Of a DNA stretch of 64,000 nucleotides, positions 37,543 through 50,310 are shown piece after piece (within the stretch, counting starts at the first letter, position 1; the number at the start of each line of letters is the position of its first letter). The position numbers and the translations under genes were made by a program. This stretch comes from Seison nebaliae (taxonomy: Eukaryota). The notes beneath the pieces were generated by a model. It saw only the letters and a program-made list of their open reading frames with translations, did no database searches and was not told where the DNA came from. The stretch is taken from the NCBI GenBank assembly GCA_023231475.1, contig JALJEE010001494.1, forward strand, positions 1 through 64,000. The letters run 5' to 3'.

Positions 37543-39115
37543 ATGAAGTTGATGAAAAATGATGATTGGAATCAACTCTCTTATTTATCGGGATTCGGTA
37601 ACGAATTCACATCCGAATGTATCGAAGGTGCAATACCAATCGAACAGAATTCACCACAAGTCTGTAAATTTGGATTATATGCTGAACAATTATCAGGAAC
37701 TGCTTTCACCATGGGAAGGAAGAGGAATTTCCGCTCTTGGCTCTACCGACGACTCCCATCGGTGAAACATGGTGAATATAAACCGTTGAGGAATTTGTTA
37801 TTACCTGCCAATTTCTCATCAAACTTTTCACCGAATCATCCCGAATGTTCCATTGATCCATCACCAATTAAATGGTCACCATTTCCCATACCAGATCATA
37901 AAGTCAACTTTGTGAAAGGATTGACAACAATTGGCGGTGCTGGTGATCCAACTATTCGACATGGATTAGCTATCCATATTTATGCATGTAACGAATCGAT
38001 GGGGTCGAAATTGACATTTAACAATTCCGATGGTGATTTTCTTATCGTACCACAGGAAGGTCGATTATTTATTCGAACGGAATTTGGTCGATTAATTGTC
38101 AAACCAAATGAGATTTGTGTCATTCAAGTTCATCTTTCAAATGATCAAAATGATTTTTAAATATTAATTTTCTAGTTGGGAATGAGATTTAGTGTTGACG
38201 TAGAAGGAAATAGTCGTGGATATATTTTAGAAGTGTTTGATGGTCATTTTACAATTCCAGATTTAGGACCGATCGGTTTTAATTAAATTTAATTAATAGA
38301 AAAATAATTTATTTAATTTGTGTTAGGTGCAAATGGTTTAGCGAATCCACGTCATTTCTTAAGTCCATCAGCATATGAAGAGGTGGGAGAAGCACATCAA
38401 TTAATCATCACTAAATATCAAGGAAGATTGTTCGAGTATGAACAGACTCATTCGTGTTTCGATGTGGTGGGATGGCATGGCAATTATGTGCCATACAAAT
38501 ATGATTTGTCGAAATTCATGGTAATCAATAGCGTATCATTTGATCATTGTGTTCGTCATCATTCATTCTAATTCCATTAATTTTCCTGTTTGTTTAGGAT
38601 CCGAGTATATTTACTGTTCTAACATGTCAGAGTAATACTGTGGGTACAGCGATCGCTGATTTCGTCATATTCCCTCCACGATGGGGTGTCTCTGAAAATA
38701 CATTTCGACCTCCTTATTATCATAGTTATTATTATCATTCTCCTTCAATTGTTAAAACTAAAGAAAATTTAAAGGAAATTGTATGTCGGAATTTATGGGA
38801 CTGATTTTCGGAGCATACGAAGCAAAACCAAATCAATTATTGCCGGGAGGAGGAACTCTCCATTCAATGGGCACTCCACATGGTCCTGATGCTGATTGTT
38901 TTAAGAAGGCGAGTAGCGACGAACTGAAACCGGAACGGGTGGCAGAAGATACTCAAGTTCATCATTTCTCTTCTCAATTCACATATACATTTCTCTTGTA
39001 GTCTTTCATGTTCGAATCATGTTTGAGTATCGTATTAACGAAGACTGCACGACTGATGGCTGATGAAACATATAGTTCTTGCTGGGATGCACTCCAGAGA
39101 TGGAAATGCGACTAG
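37543..39115 (+). CDS. HGD: Homogentisate 1,2-dioxygenase; six exons
   Basis: [94 protein letters not shown]. Introns 38128-38175, 38276-38326, 38551-38597, 38725-38774, 38957-39001. Confidence 0.97.
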
Positions 39116-40837
39116 ATGTAATTATCACCTTCCTACATAACGCTACGGCAACTTTATACTTTTCCTTTATGTTTCGGTGATTTTCTCCTCCATTCACCTT
39201 CAAATCATCCTTTAATCATTGAGAATTTCTCAGTCTCCTTTCCACATAACTTCAACACTAAATTATATGAATAAAATTACTTATTGGATAAAATGTCAAA
39301 CCTCTAAATTATTCATACTAAATTAGAAGATCTAATCCCACTAATTTAAAGTTCTCCTCTAAAAGTGCGAAAATCTATTCTTTTTTTCAATCCTGAAAAA
39401 CTCATCGATATTATAAAAATGGAATGGATTAATCACATTTGACAAACAATGAAGGAAAGTGAAATAAGGTCATTTAATGAGAAAAGATAAGTGGAAGATT
39501 TGACTTGAGGAACTTTGAAATTATGTTAATTGTTTATTTGGAGAAATGCACGGAATGTGCACACTTTACATTTTTGATCAGATTGCATTAGTTTTCGGAT
39601 TTCTCCTCTATTAAATTTCATCGAGTGCTAATGTCTGTGTCAATTGAAATTAGGAGTAGAATAATCGAACAGGAACTGACGAAAATAAGTTTTGATTGAT
39701 ATTAATAACGAAATTCGTTTTTACTGTTCAATTACTCGAAAAAGAATGTGCAATTCGTAGGGAATAGATGGAATTTGATTGTTTTGAGGAAGAAAGGAAT
39801 GGAAGGAAGTACGTCGTCATATATGTTACACAATGATGATCGTGATGATGATGACATAATGTTTTAAATTTTTAATTTGTAGGTAATGGACGAATCAATT
39901 ACACATTGATTAGATTCGTGTTAATCGTAAAATTGAAAACAAAAGAATAATTGGATCCTGCATGTAATTTGTTTAGTGGGGAACTGTAATTTCTCGTTCA
40001 ACAGTTCTTCTCCATTTCATTCAGTTGTGGTCTCTCTTTCTATATTGGGTGAAAAAATTTTCGTTCATTTCGAAGAATTGTGAAAAATGGAGGAAAATAT
40101 GATTTTTCTGCGCACCTTCAATATTGTCAGTGACGATAATAGAAATGGATAATAAGAATAGTAAAAGGAATAATAAGAATAATAATATTTGGGGAGAAGA
40201 AGAAAGAAGACGAAAAAGAAAAATAGAAAGAAAAGAATAATTACTAAAGAGAGTAATAGAGCAAGAACTGAGCACCAAAAACAGAGAGGAGATGAAGTGA
40301 AATAATATTTTTATATAAATTTCTTATTATTTGCAGTTTATTTCCAGTGAGTGATTCATAGAGTGTGATTCGTACGTAAAGAATTATTTCGGGAACTATC
40401 GTTATTTCTATTTGACATATGATAGGGACATTACTCGTTCTGCCACCATCGTTTGTTTCCATCTCTCGATCGAACTCCCATTTCACCATTCATTTCACCA
40501 TTACTCACTGACGATTCAACTATCGGCAATGCTTCTTCTCACGATGGAATTGCCATTCCTCTCAGTTTCAGAACCGATACAAATTGATTAATTCCAATTC
40601 TCTATCATTCTGTCTTCTTATCGTGATTCCGATTCAATGTCACTGTCGTATCAGTTGACAAATTTGAATTGCATGTAGTCTTAAGCGGAGAGATTAATTG
40701 TCGGGAAGGACTGGTCGATTGAATCAGATGGAAGAAATAGACGGGGAGTCATGTTAATGAAAAGCATTCAAAAATAGAAGAAAGGACTGATATGTATGAT
40801 AATGAAAAATGGGAGGAGAAATAAAGCAGATACAAAT

Positions 40838-40976
<139 letters not shown>

Positions 40977-43390
40977 ACGTGATTATGGTGATGGAATCGT
41001 ACTGGTAATATCAGACATTAGAGCGATAGTAGCAATATTTGCATTTATATCCATGCATTATAATTACACATATCACAAGTGGGGAGGAAAGATAGAACAG
41101 ATAGCTAGGAAGATAAATTAAGGATTGTCACATATATTATATGTGTGTGTATTTATAGAAAGGAACCTATTTGGTTATCATATTATGGAGCATCTACATA
41201 AGATTGTGTGCACATACACCACTAATAATAGTAGTAGTAATAGTAGTAGTAGTAGTAGTAGTAGTAGTATTGGTAAGACATAAAAAACGAATCTAAATGT
41301 AAATGCAATACAATGTACTGCCGGTGTATCGACTGCCATATGTGAACTGCATATAATGGGGAAACAGATTAAAATTTGCTACTGTTATATTCTCTCTCAT
41401 CTCCAGCAGCAATGCAGTTTACAGCAATTGTCATTCCTTGTTTTTTTTTCTTCCGTCTTTCGTCATCTTCGTAATTCAGCTTCGTCCCTATCATTACTAC
41501 TATACGTTTTCACGATAAGGATGTTCCTTCATTTTCCTTCTTATTAAAATTGTGGCATTCTGCTCACATATCGAATATTCCTTTCGATCACCAATCCAAC
41601 TCCAAATATATCGGACTGCATATCGACTTGATAAAGTGGGAAATATTCATCGATAAATTTATGCAATATCTTCCCACCGAGAAGTGAAGTCGATCGAGAA
41701 TATTTCCAACTCATCCCACTCACGCTATCATATGTCAAAAAGAAGAGACATTTCATTCTTTCTCCAAATTCGTCTCAATCTTCATATCGACACACATCTC
41801 ACCTTATGTCTCTTATTAGTCATCAGTACTTGTGATCAGTCAGAATTTGGATGTGCTCCACTTGATTAATTAAAGGAATATGATTTGGACTTTCTATCCA
41901 ATTATTTTCTTATTCGCCACTCCAAATGAATAGGCAGCTAAATTATCGATATCGAAATAGGAAACAATAAACTAGAAAGTAGAAGAAATGGCCGAAAGAA
42001 TGAAATTCGATGCAAATAAAATTTCTATCATAATCATCAGAAATGATTGGTGATGTCCATTTGAGGTGGAAGAGAAAGTTGGGTAAATACTTCGTCAAAC
42101 TTTCAGGAGTATCCACAATCAGTTCTAACTGAATGAGTGAAAATAATTTTTAATAATTTGATTGAAGAGATTTCGTAGGGGAGGAAGAAAGGTGGGAGAA
42201 GAGTAGGAATATGCATTTGGGATTTGACGAGAATTCGGCAGATAGATAGACAATAGGAATAATTTGAACGATTTCTCTCACTCTTCATATCCATCTCGTG
42301 AGTTTGCGCATAATATATATTCATGAAACATTGAAATTTATTTATGGAATACATACACGTCAACAGATAGATTACGTATATATGGAATGGTGACGATCAA
42401 TGAATACGGATATGGAAGAACAATAAGAAATAATAAAAAAAAACTTCTTTTTCAAAATTACTTCTCTTCTTCCTACGAATTAGTCTCGCGCACGACATAT
42501 AACCATTTGGGAAGTGTATTTGTTCGGTTCTGGATGAAATATTATGTTCCTTCATTATTATGTCAAATGTGGAAGACTCTCTTCACATCTTCCAACTTTT
42601 ATTGAGATTTACAAATGGAGAAGCGAAATTAAATCTTATCGATATTAGAGAGGATAAAAACGAACATTCGTGTTATTTGTTTTATCTTAATTCCACATAA
42701 GAAAATGAGATTAACTAAAATTAATTTGTCCAAAATAATTCCTTAAAATTTCTCTTCTTAAGAGGAGAAACGAAAAGATTTTTTTTTCTCAGATTTTTTT
42801 CAGACGAATGACAATTTTTGAAATTTTATTTGATATGGCATATAGGAAAGTAGAAAAATTCTCAAATAGTTTTCCTATTAAATACGTAAAAGAATTTCAT
42901 TTGAATTTTATTAATTAAAACGAATGAATGGAAATAGTTCGTGAAATGATTGAAATGCAAAAGCATGAAATATGTCATCCTCTTCTTTTGCCTAATCGCT
43001 CTCCAATTATGAGAAGTTTCCACTTCATTTAAAAGAAAATGTGAATTCACGAAAAGGAGAGCGGAATCGAGAAGTATAATTGGGAGAGAATCGGAAGATT
43101 AATTTTTATGATCTGAATGTGAATTTCTTTGTTTATTATATTAGTCGGAATGTTGTTCCAGTATCTATTATGTAAAGTTATTGTTGTTGTTGTTGTTTGA
43201 AGGTAAGATTTTGGATGGAACTAAAAATTCCATCAAACATTCTCTTTATTTTTACATTTGAAATTTGGAGAGATGAAACTATAAAAAAAAAGAAGAAAGA
43301 AAGAAAAGAAGAATTAGAATTATATAAATTTTACAATTGTATTATATTTCTTTTCACATAATTTTATTGTGCTAACTACATTTACGTAAT

Positions 43391-43702
43391 ATGACGATTT
43401 GTATTTGTGGAGATGTGGAGGAGAGAAATAATGAAGAATTTCTTATAGTTGGTTTGACATCTTTCGTTCTTGTTTCCTTTTTAGTAGTTTCCATATATTA
43501 TTCATTCTATTATTCTTATTGTTTCCAAAATGCTGCCAAATGCAATATAGATGCAGCAAATATTTCGAAATGGGAAAGAATGAAAGAAGCTGCAGAATAT
43601 AAGGTAACGATGATAATCGATTCGCTTTCTTTTTTCTCCCGCTCTACATTCTCGTCTCATGCACCAAATACATCTTTTCTTTTCGACAGTCAACATAACT
43701 AA
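43391..43702 (+). CDS. Possible small single-pass membrane protein
   Basis: ATG-initiated 103-codon ORF in AT-rich DNA with one hydrophobic segment (FLIVGLTSFVLVSFLVVSIYY). No family recognised; may be spurious or one exon of a larger gene. Confidence 0.25.
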   Translation: MTICICGDVEERNNEEFLIVGLTSFVLVSFLVVSIYYSFYYSYCFQNAAKCNIDAANISKWERMKEAAEYKVTMIIDSLSFFSRSTFSSHAPNTSFLFDSQHN

Positions 43703-44088
43703 TAGTTTGGTGGAGGAAAGTGTGATAGGTTATATGGAAATTGATTGATTCCTTCTCCCCAACATTAACAGTTAACTAAATCAATTTTAAGATACGTAAT
43801 TGCGAGAAAGAAAGAAAGAAAAAGGAATTTTCCCCTCCATTCCAATCGTTTGTCTCATTCATTTAACCTCCACAATATCATCATACTGATCGATCTGACT
43901 CATTTAATATTTCTGCTTTATTGATTTAACAGAAGGAAAGGAATTTTATTTGCATTCGAATGGATTTCATCCTGATCCAATCGACGAAATATTCACAAAT
44001 TATGAATCAGATACTTTCCTGAAAAAAAAAGTAAGTTTTCTTCTTCGAATTTTATCATGAAGAAATCTCATTGAGTTGACGAAAGAAT

Positions 44089-45643
44089 ATGTTCGATTCA
44101 TATGATCTTCAACATGTCATTCTGTCGAAGTTCGAGGGTGTATGGCGACAAACGACAGTCATTTCCAAAGTTGGAATGGATTGTTTCAACGGATTGGATG
44201 AGACGAGACTATTGAGATTAACAAGATCGTTAGTGAATAATCAGAATCATTTCTACAATAATCACACTACCACCACCACCACCACCATCAACCACAACAA
44301 GAACAATATGAGTTTAGAAGAAGAATTCTTCTCCAACATTCCTTCGTCGACAGATACATCCGAATATTTAATAGACGCAAGAAAATTGTATGCTATTTAT
44401 ACTCCCTGGCCATTATATATCGATTGTCTATTAAAATATATGTATCCCATCGTCATAGTTTCTAGCATCATTCTATCGTTGATCAATGTCTTTATATTGG
44501 CACAACCGATTATTCGTGTGGGACAAAATGCACGTTCATTCCTCTTCGCTACACTTTCCTGCGAGTCATTATTATTGTGCACCGCCTCAATTTTGTTATT
44601 GGACCAATATGTCGATCGATCGAAACATCATTCATCTTTCTTATCCTCTTCATCTACTTCATCTTCATCATCATCTGGATCACCTTCATCTTCACGATCA
44701 TCTCCATCACTTTCCACCGTCAATAAATTGAAATTCGACAATCGACTTCTCCTCTCACCACAATCCTCCTCATCATCCAACACTTCACAAACATCTACAT
44801 CTTCCTCGTCGATTGTCGCCTCTTCCCATTTCATGACAACAACATTACCGTCATCATCAACCGTCTTCAATATCAGTCGTAAACGGAATCGTCTAAATAA
44901 ACGGTTTTTAACCGATGACGTTTTCTTCACCGATTCCTTCAACAATTATCATTTATATCAATCCGACGATCAGGAAACATTGAACGCCGAATATCGTAAT
45001 TATTGGTTGAAGCAATCGTATTCATCGATGAACGATGATGACGAATTGAGACGATCTCATTTCTACATCGAAATTCTGCTTTACACACAACTCATCGCTA
45101 ATTATTTTCATTCGGTGCTGATAATATTAACATTATTCTACCTCATGTTCGCCGCCTTCGAACATACAATGACGTCATTGCAGTCAAACTGCTTATATGA
45201 ACGATATTTCTGTTCATCCATCCACATTCGAACAATTTCACTCATTCTCCCCATACTCATCAGTTTAACTTTACTTCCACAATTGTTCGCATATGAAATC
45301 ATTCCATATCATCAATTCGTGGAGAGGATCGTTAAGAAATATGAAATGATCGACGTCTCATCATACCAGATGAATGCCGACGACGCCCATGTACATCATT
45401 CCAATTTTTCAACTAATAAATCTTCAATTTTTCCTGATATCACCTCCGACAACGATAGTCATTTCACTCACACGTCAACAATCTCATCAAATTCTCAGAA
45501 TAAAACGAAAAATCAAAATCATCTCCATGAAGATAACGAAGCATTAAATATATTATTTTCACGATTTTATCTCCATTCCGATTTACTGATACCAAAATTC
45601 TCTTTGAAGAACGTTAACAATTCAAAAAACAATCCAAATCACA

Positions 45644-45683
<40 letters not shown>

Positions 45684-48600
45684 GTCATCACTATCATCGT
45701 CGTCGTCGTCGTCGTCGTCGTTGAAGAATCATCGGAAATTAAACTTCCCCACCATCAGCCACGATGAAAAGATGATGACATCTAATCGAGATTTTCATGA
45801 AAATTTCCATAATGATTACACTCCATTTCAAACCGTATCGAATCAAAATAACCATTTCAAAAGTAATCTTTCATTATTCTATGATGATTTCAATCCATCG
45901 AATGTCTATGATTATGACGACGAGAATTATGTGGGACAATATTTCTCGTTAATTCATCGACCATATTTTGATGAAGATAATGGTAAAATAAATCAGAATG
46001 ATGTTCATTCTTTCCAACAGTTGAATGAAGAAAAACGAAAAAAACGAGAAATTAAACGAGAAACGAAAAATGTCGAATCAGAACGACATCATCGAAACCG
46101 GCGAATGCTATCGGTGGAAGGAATCGATCGACTTAACAAGAAGAAGATTCCTAAAGAATTTTCAGGTGTTGTAGATCTTTATCCGAAATTGAGTGAGATT
46201 GAATATTTGAATAAAATCAATCAATTATTCGAGATGCCTTATTTCTGGTCCGCATCGAACATGTGGTTCCTCATGAACTCTTATTGGCTTCGTCTCATTT
46301 ATACGAGACATTTACAAAATCAATTCCTTATTTATTATCAAATGAAAGAGAATGAAAAGAAATTTATTAATCGTCCTTATTCCTCTCCCAACGACTATTT
46401 CGACAATGAACTTCATCATGATGATCATTTCAAATCGATTAATACCGAATTCAAACGATCATTTAATGAATCGAATGACAATTCGAATTTTTTACGATTT
46501 CTAAGTTCGAGTGAATCGTCCGCCGAATTTCAAGTGAAATCGAAATGTGAATTGATTTTGGAGAAGGTTTTCCTTCCACATCCGTTAGAGCCGGTCGTTG
46601 TCAAAAGAGATTTTGGTAAATCGTTTATTTATACCATCTTTTTCCATTGGTATTTCCATACATTAGATCTCTTCCTTCCACTCCCTTTAATTTCCGTTTT
46701 GTTTGCCGTTCTTCTCTATCAGTTGAAGAAGGAATTGACGTTGAGAATTCCATCGAAAAAATCGATTGAATTACAAGAAGCGGCGATGAAACAATCGAAA
46801 CGTTCAAGTACATTCCAATATGCGACTGATCATATTCGGAAGAATTTCCGAATAAAGAGGAGGAAGGAATCGATAAAAAAATCATTAATTCGACGAACGA
46901 ATAAATCGTCAGAATTGAATAATTCGAATGAAATCATTTCAAATAAAGAATATGAATCAAATAAATTCAATCCATTATTTGTTGAAGATATGCATCAATT
47001 ACAGAATGAAGATCCTTGTCGAATGGAGACATGTGTATGTCTAATGCCACCAAATGCTGGTTTGACTCAACCCAACACTCAATTATTGAAATTAGAAGAT
47101 CGTTCTCAAGTTCATTCAACGATGAATAAAGTTGAAGCATTGGGTCAGAAACGATTGAACAAAACGACATTTGTTGATCTCTTTCAAATAATTCCAACCA
47201 CATCAAACATCATAAGTACAACGGCAACCATACCAATTAGTACGATGATAGGAATGTCGAAATTGTCGGAGAATGTAAAACAGCCGAAAATCATCGTCAC
47301 CACAACGACAATTCCGTCGACGACGATGGGAAATGAGAAACTGGAAGATAATGTACCAGAAAAACCGTTTTATGATTTCGGATCAACATCTTCTGGAAAT
47401 AATGCCATTCCAACAATTGTTACATCGTCAGCTGAGTTCGTGGGGAAGAAATCTTCGATTTCCACTTCTTCTTATTTTAATCGAGATAATGTAATTTATC
47501 GGAGTCAAACTGAATATAATCGAGAATCAATCGAGAATCAATTACGAATGGAACTTTCTGCCACTATTCAACAACGGGAAGAAAAAAGACAACATAACAC
47601 AAATCGGTCATCGACATTACCAAATAATCGTAAATTGACGGATGAAGATGAAGGTAAACGATCATATCAATTGGCGTTACGTCAACGATATGTGGACGCT
47701 CAGAAGAAGAAGATGGGACGTACAAATCAATATGCGGATGAGAATGTTGATTTATATTCGAAAGAAGAACAACAACGTCGTCGTTATCAACATGGGAAGA
47801 AGAAGATGTGTTATCAGCAACGTAATTTGAAACATATCGTAGTGAAAAATGAGAAAGATGTGCACAAATATGAGATTGAAGATGTTTTCGGACAAATCCA
47901 TAAAATATCTTCTTTCTATTCTTGTAAATCGTCTTCTTATATATTATCGTCATCGTTAATGAGCGAATCATTAACATCATCAACTTTAAATACGAAACGT
48001 TCAAATTCGATTTCTTCATCAATTCGCGATTTGAATGAAATGCAGGAGATGAGCGGACCGTTGAACAAATCGAAAACGACCAATTTAAATGATCATCAAC
48101 CAACTGATGCACAACGATTACTCTCACGACATTATCATCAGCGCAAGTTAATGCTAATGGAACGGACACGATCAATTAATGAGAATAAAATACATTTACA
48201 ATCGGAAACCGTAACGAGACTGGATAGCAGGAAAGAAAAAGAATTAATTAATACGAATTTCATTAATGTTGTTACATCGTCAAAGAATGGTACATCTCCA
48301 ATATCGTGCTTGACGTCGATAACTCCAAATGAGAAATTTTCATCAATCGACGAGACTCCAATCTCTAAATTGTCAAATGCATCGAACGGTAAAACGAAAG
48401 ACGAACTTCCGATATCCATCTCATCAATAGAACACATATCTTCCTCAACTGTCTCATCTTCATCATCAACAACAACAACAATAACAACAACAGCATCATT
48501 AACAATTGGAACGACAACTCCAATAAGTACAACGACGACAACAACAACAACAACGGTCATAAAACCGATATATAATTCGGATGGCGAAGAAATTATGAAA

Positions 48601-50310
48601 CTGACGGGAACAACAGAAAGTGTTTCGATGGAAATTGAGAAAGAATTGGAAAAAGGAAATATTCCAGAGAGTACGGAGAAGAAATGTCCTGCATTACAAG
48701 CAGAACAACAAACATCAACAATGACACGAAGAGAGTCGTTAAGGAAAAGTAGAAAATTGAGAAAGATTCCAACGTTATTGGAAGATCTTGACGATGATAC
48801 GAACGTCATACAAGAAGATCAGAAGAAAATGTCAGACGAAGTAAATGAGACATCTCCAATCATCGAACGTCATCCATCTGTTAAGGATATCGTATGTAAT
48901 TTGGAGAAGATGAAAAATAATTCTGATCCAAAACAACCGGTCAAGATTTCCAAATCAAAATCCGTCATTAGCCCATCCTCCACAATCACCACCACCACCA
49001 CTAGTGGGGTTGTTCGAGCGGCGAAGAACGGTCGAAAGAAACCGATAAAAACGACAAATAAAACCACATCAACTGAAGAGAAAACGAAAAAGATGAAAAG
49101 AATCAAAGTGAAAACGATTGGGAAGAATAAGAATTCAGTGCCTAAAAACGAGATGTGTAAGGAGACGAGTGTGAAAGAATCTGAAGTATTAGAGATTAAT
49201 GAGAAAGCGAACGTTGATAGAGAAGTGTTCGCCTTCAATCCAATCGAAGTGACATATGGCCGAATTAATACACAGCCGGTTTATCATGACAACTATAATT
49301 ATGTTCCGCTCAGACGTAATCAAAGTGAGAGATTAAATCGTAGAATAGATTTGCTGAAAAATGGAATAAAATCAAAAGTTGTTGGACGAACAGTTCAGAA
49401 TTTCCATTCTCCACCATATCCCAATCATTGGAATAATTATCAGAATACCGAATCATCCCATATGATTCCCACTATAATTTCATCCATCGATTATAATAAA
49501 TCATGTCAATCGACAAACTATCATCATCATCATCATCAACAACAACAACGACAACAGTTTAATATACATCAACAACATCAACAACATCAACAACAACAGT
49601 TTAATTTACAACAAGAACAACAAAAACAGAATTCGTCAAAGAATAAATTGAAAGAGATTCCATTAACGAATGATGATAATCATGAACCAATCGATTCGAG
49701 TGGTGACGAACAAATATTTCCATTATCAATTCCCAGGCGGACGATTGAACAATGTCTGGAACGTCAGAATATGTCCAAACTTTACATAGCAATATTCATT
49801 CTTTACATTCTCCTCGTCCTTCCTTATATTTTGGCGCGTGTCTCACTCTTCATTCTGGTGAAGATTTACTTCTTTAGTACTATTCATTTCTTGCTGATTT
49901 ATAAATTATCTTTTTTCTTCTTCCTCCTTTTCATCTTCTCCAAATTCTTTCTACTCTGCATCTTTTCCAAAAATTACCGAAAATCTTTCAAACGAATTAT
50001 CTGCTTGCACTTCTTCTGTTTTCCCTCACTCTGTTGTCGAACGAACATTTTCAATTCCGATTCCGACAGTCATCATCGACGCGCCGGTCATCGAAGTCGA
50101 ACGAGAAGGAGAAGGAGAAGAAATCATTCCGATTTAGATGAAGACGACGAAGGAGATGGAGTAGATTATGATCACAACCATTCGTATGTTGCAGTCGATC
50201 GTTGTCAACGTCAAACGAAATTCAAACGAATCTCACACAGAAGCAATGATTATCAACACTCATCTATTGACTCTTCTTATTCCTCATCGATTAAAAGGAA
50301 ATGTTGTTAA
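44089..50310 (+). CDS. Giant single-exon class A-like (peptide-receptor-type) 7TM GPCR, 2073 aa
   Basis: Seven hydrophobic segments in GPCR order: TM1 ~44428 (YMYPIVIV), TM2 ~44539, TM3 ~45061-45165 ending FEH, TM4 ~45232 ending LPQLFAYE, TM5 ~46624 (HW..LFLPLPLI), TM6 ~49780 (ILLVLPY), TM7 ~49888. Helix 8-like SKNYRKSF and a Cys cluster follow. Confidence 0.75.

Noticed and set aside
44397..49792. Several antisense or alternative-frame ORFs within the giant GPCR, and similar ones in TRIM37 and the orphan gene
   Set aside because: Shadows of low-complexity codon runs with no independent motifs.
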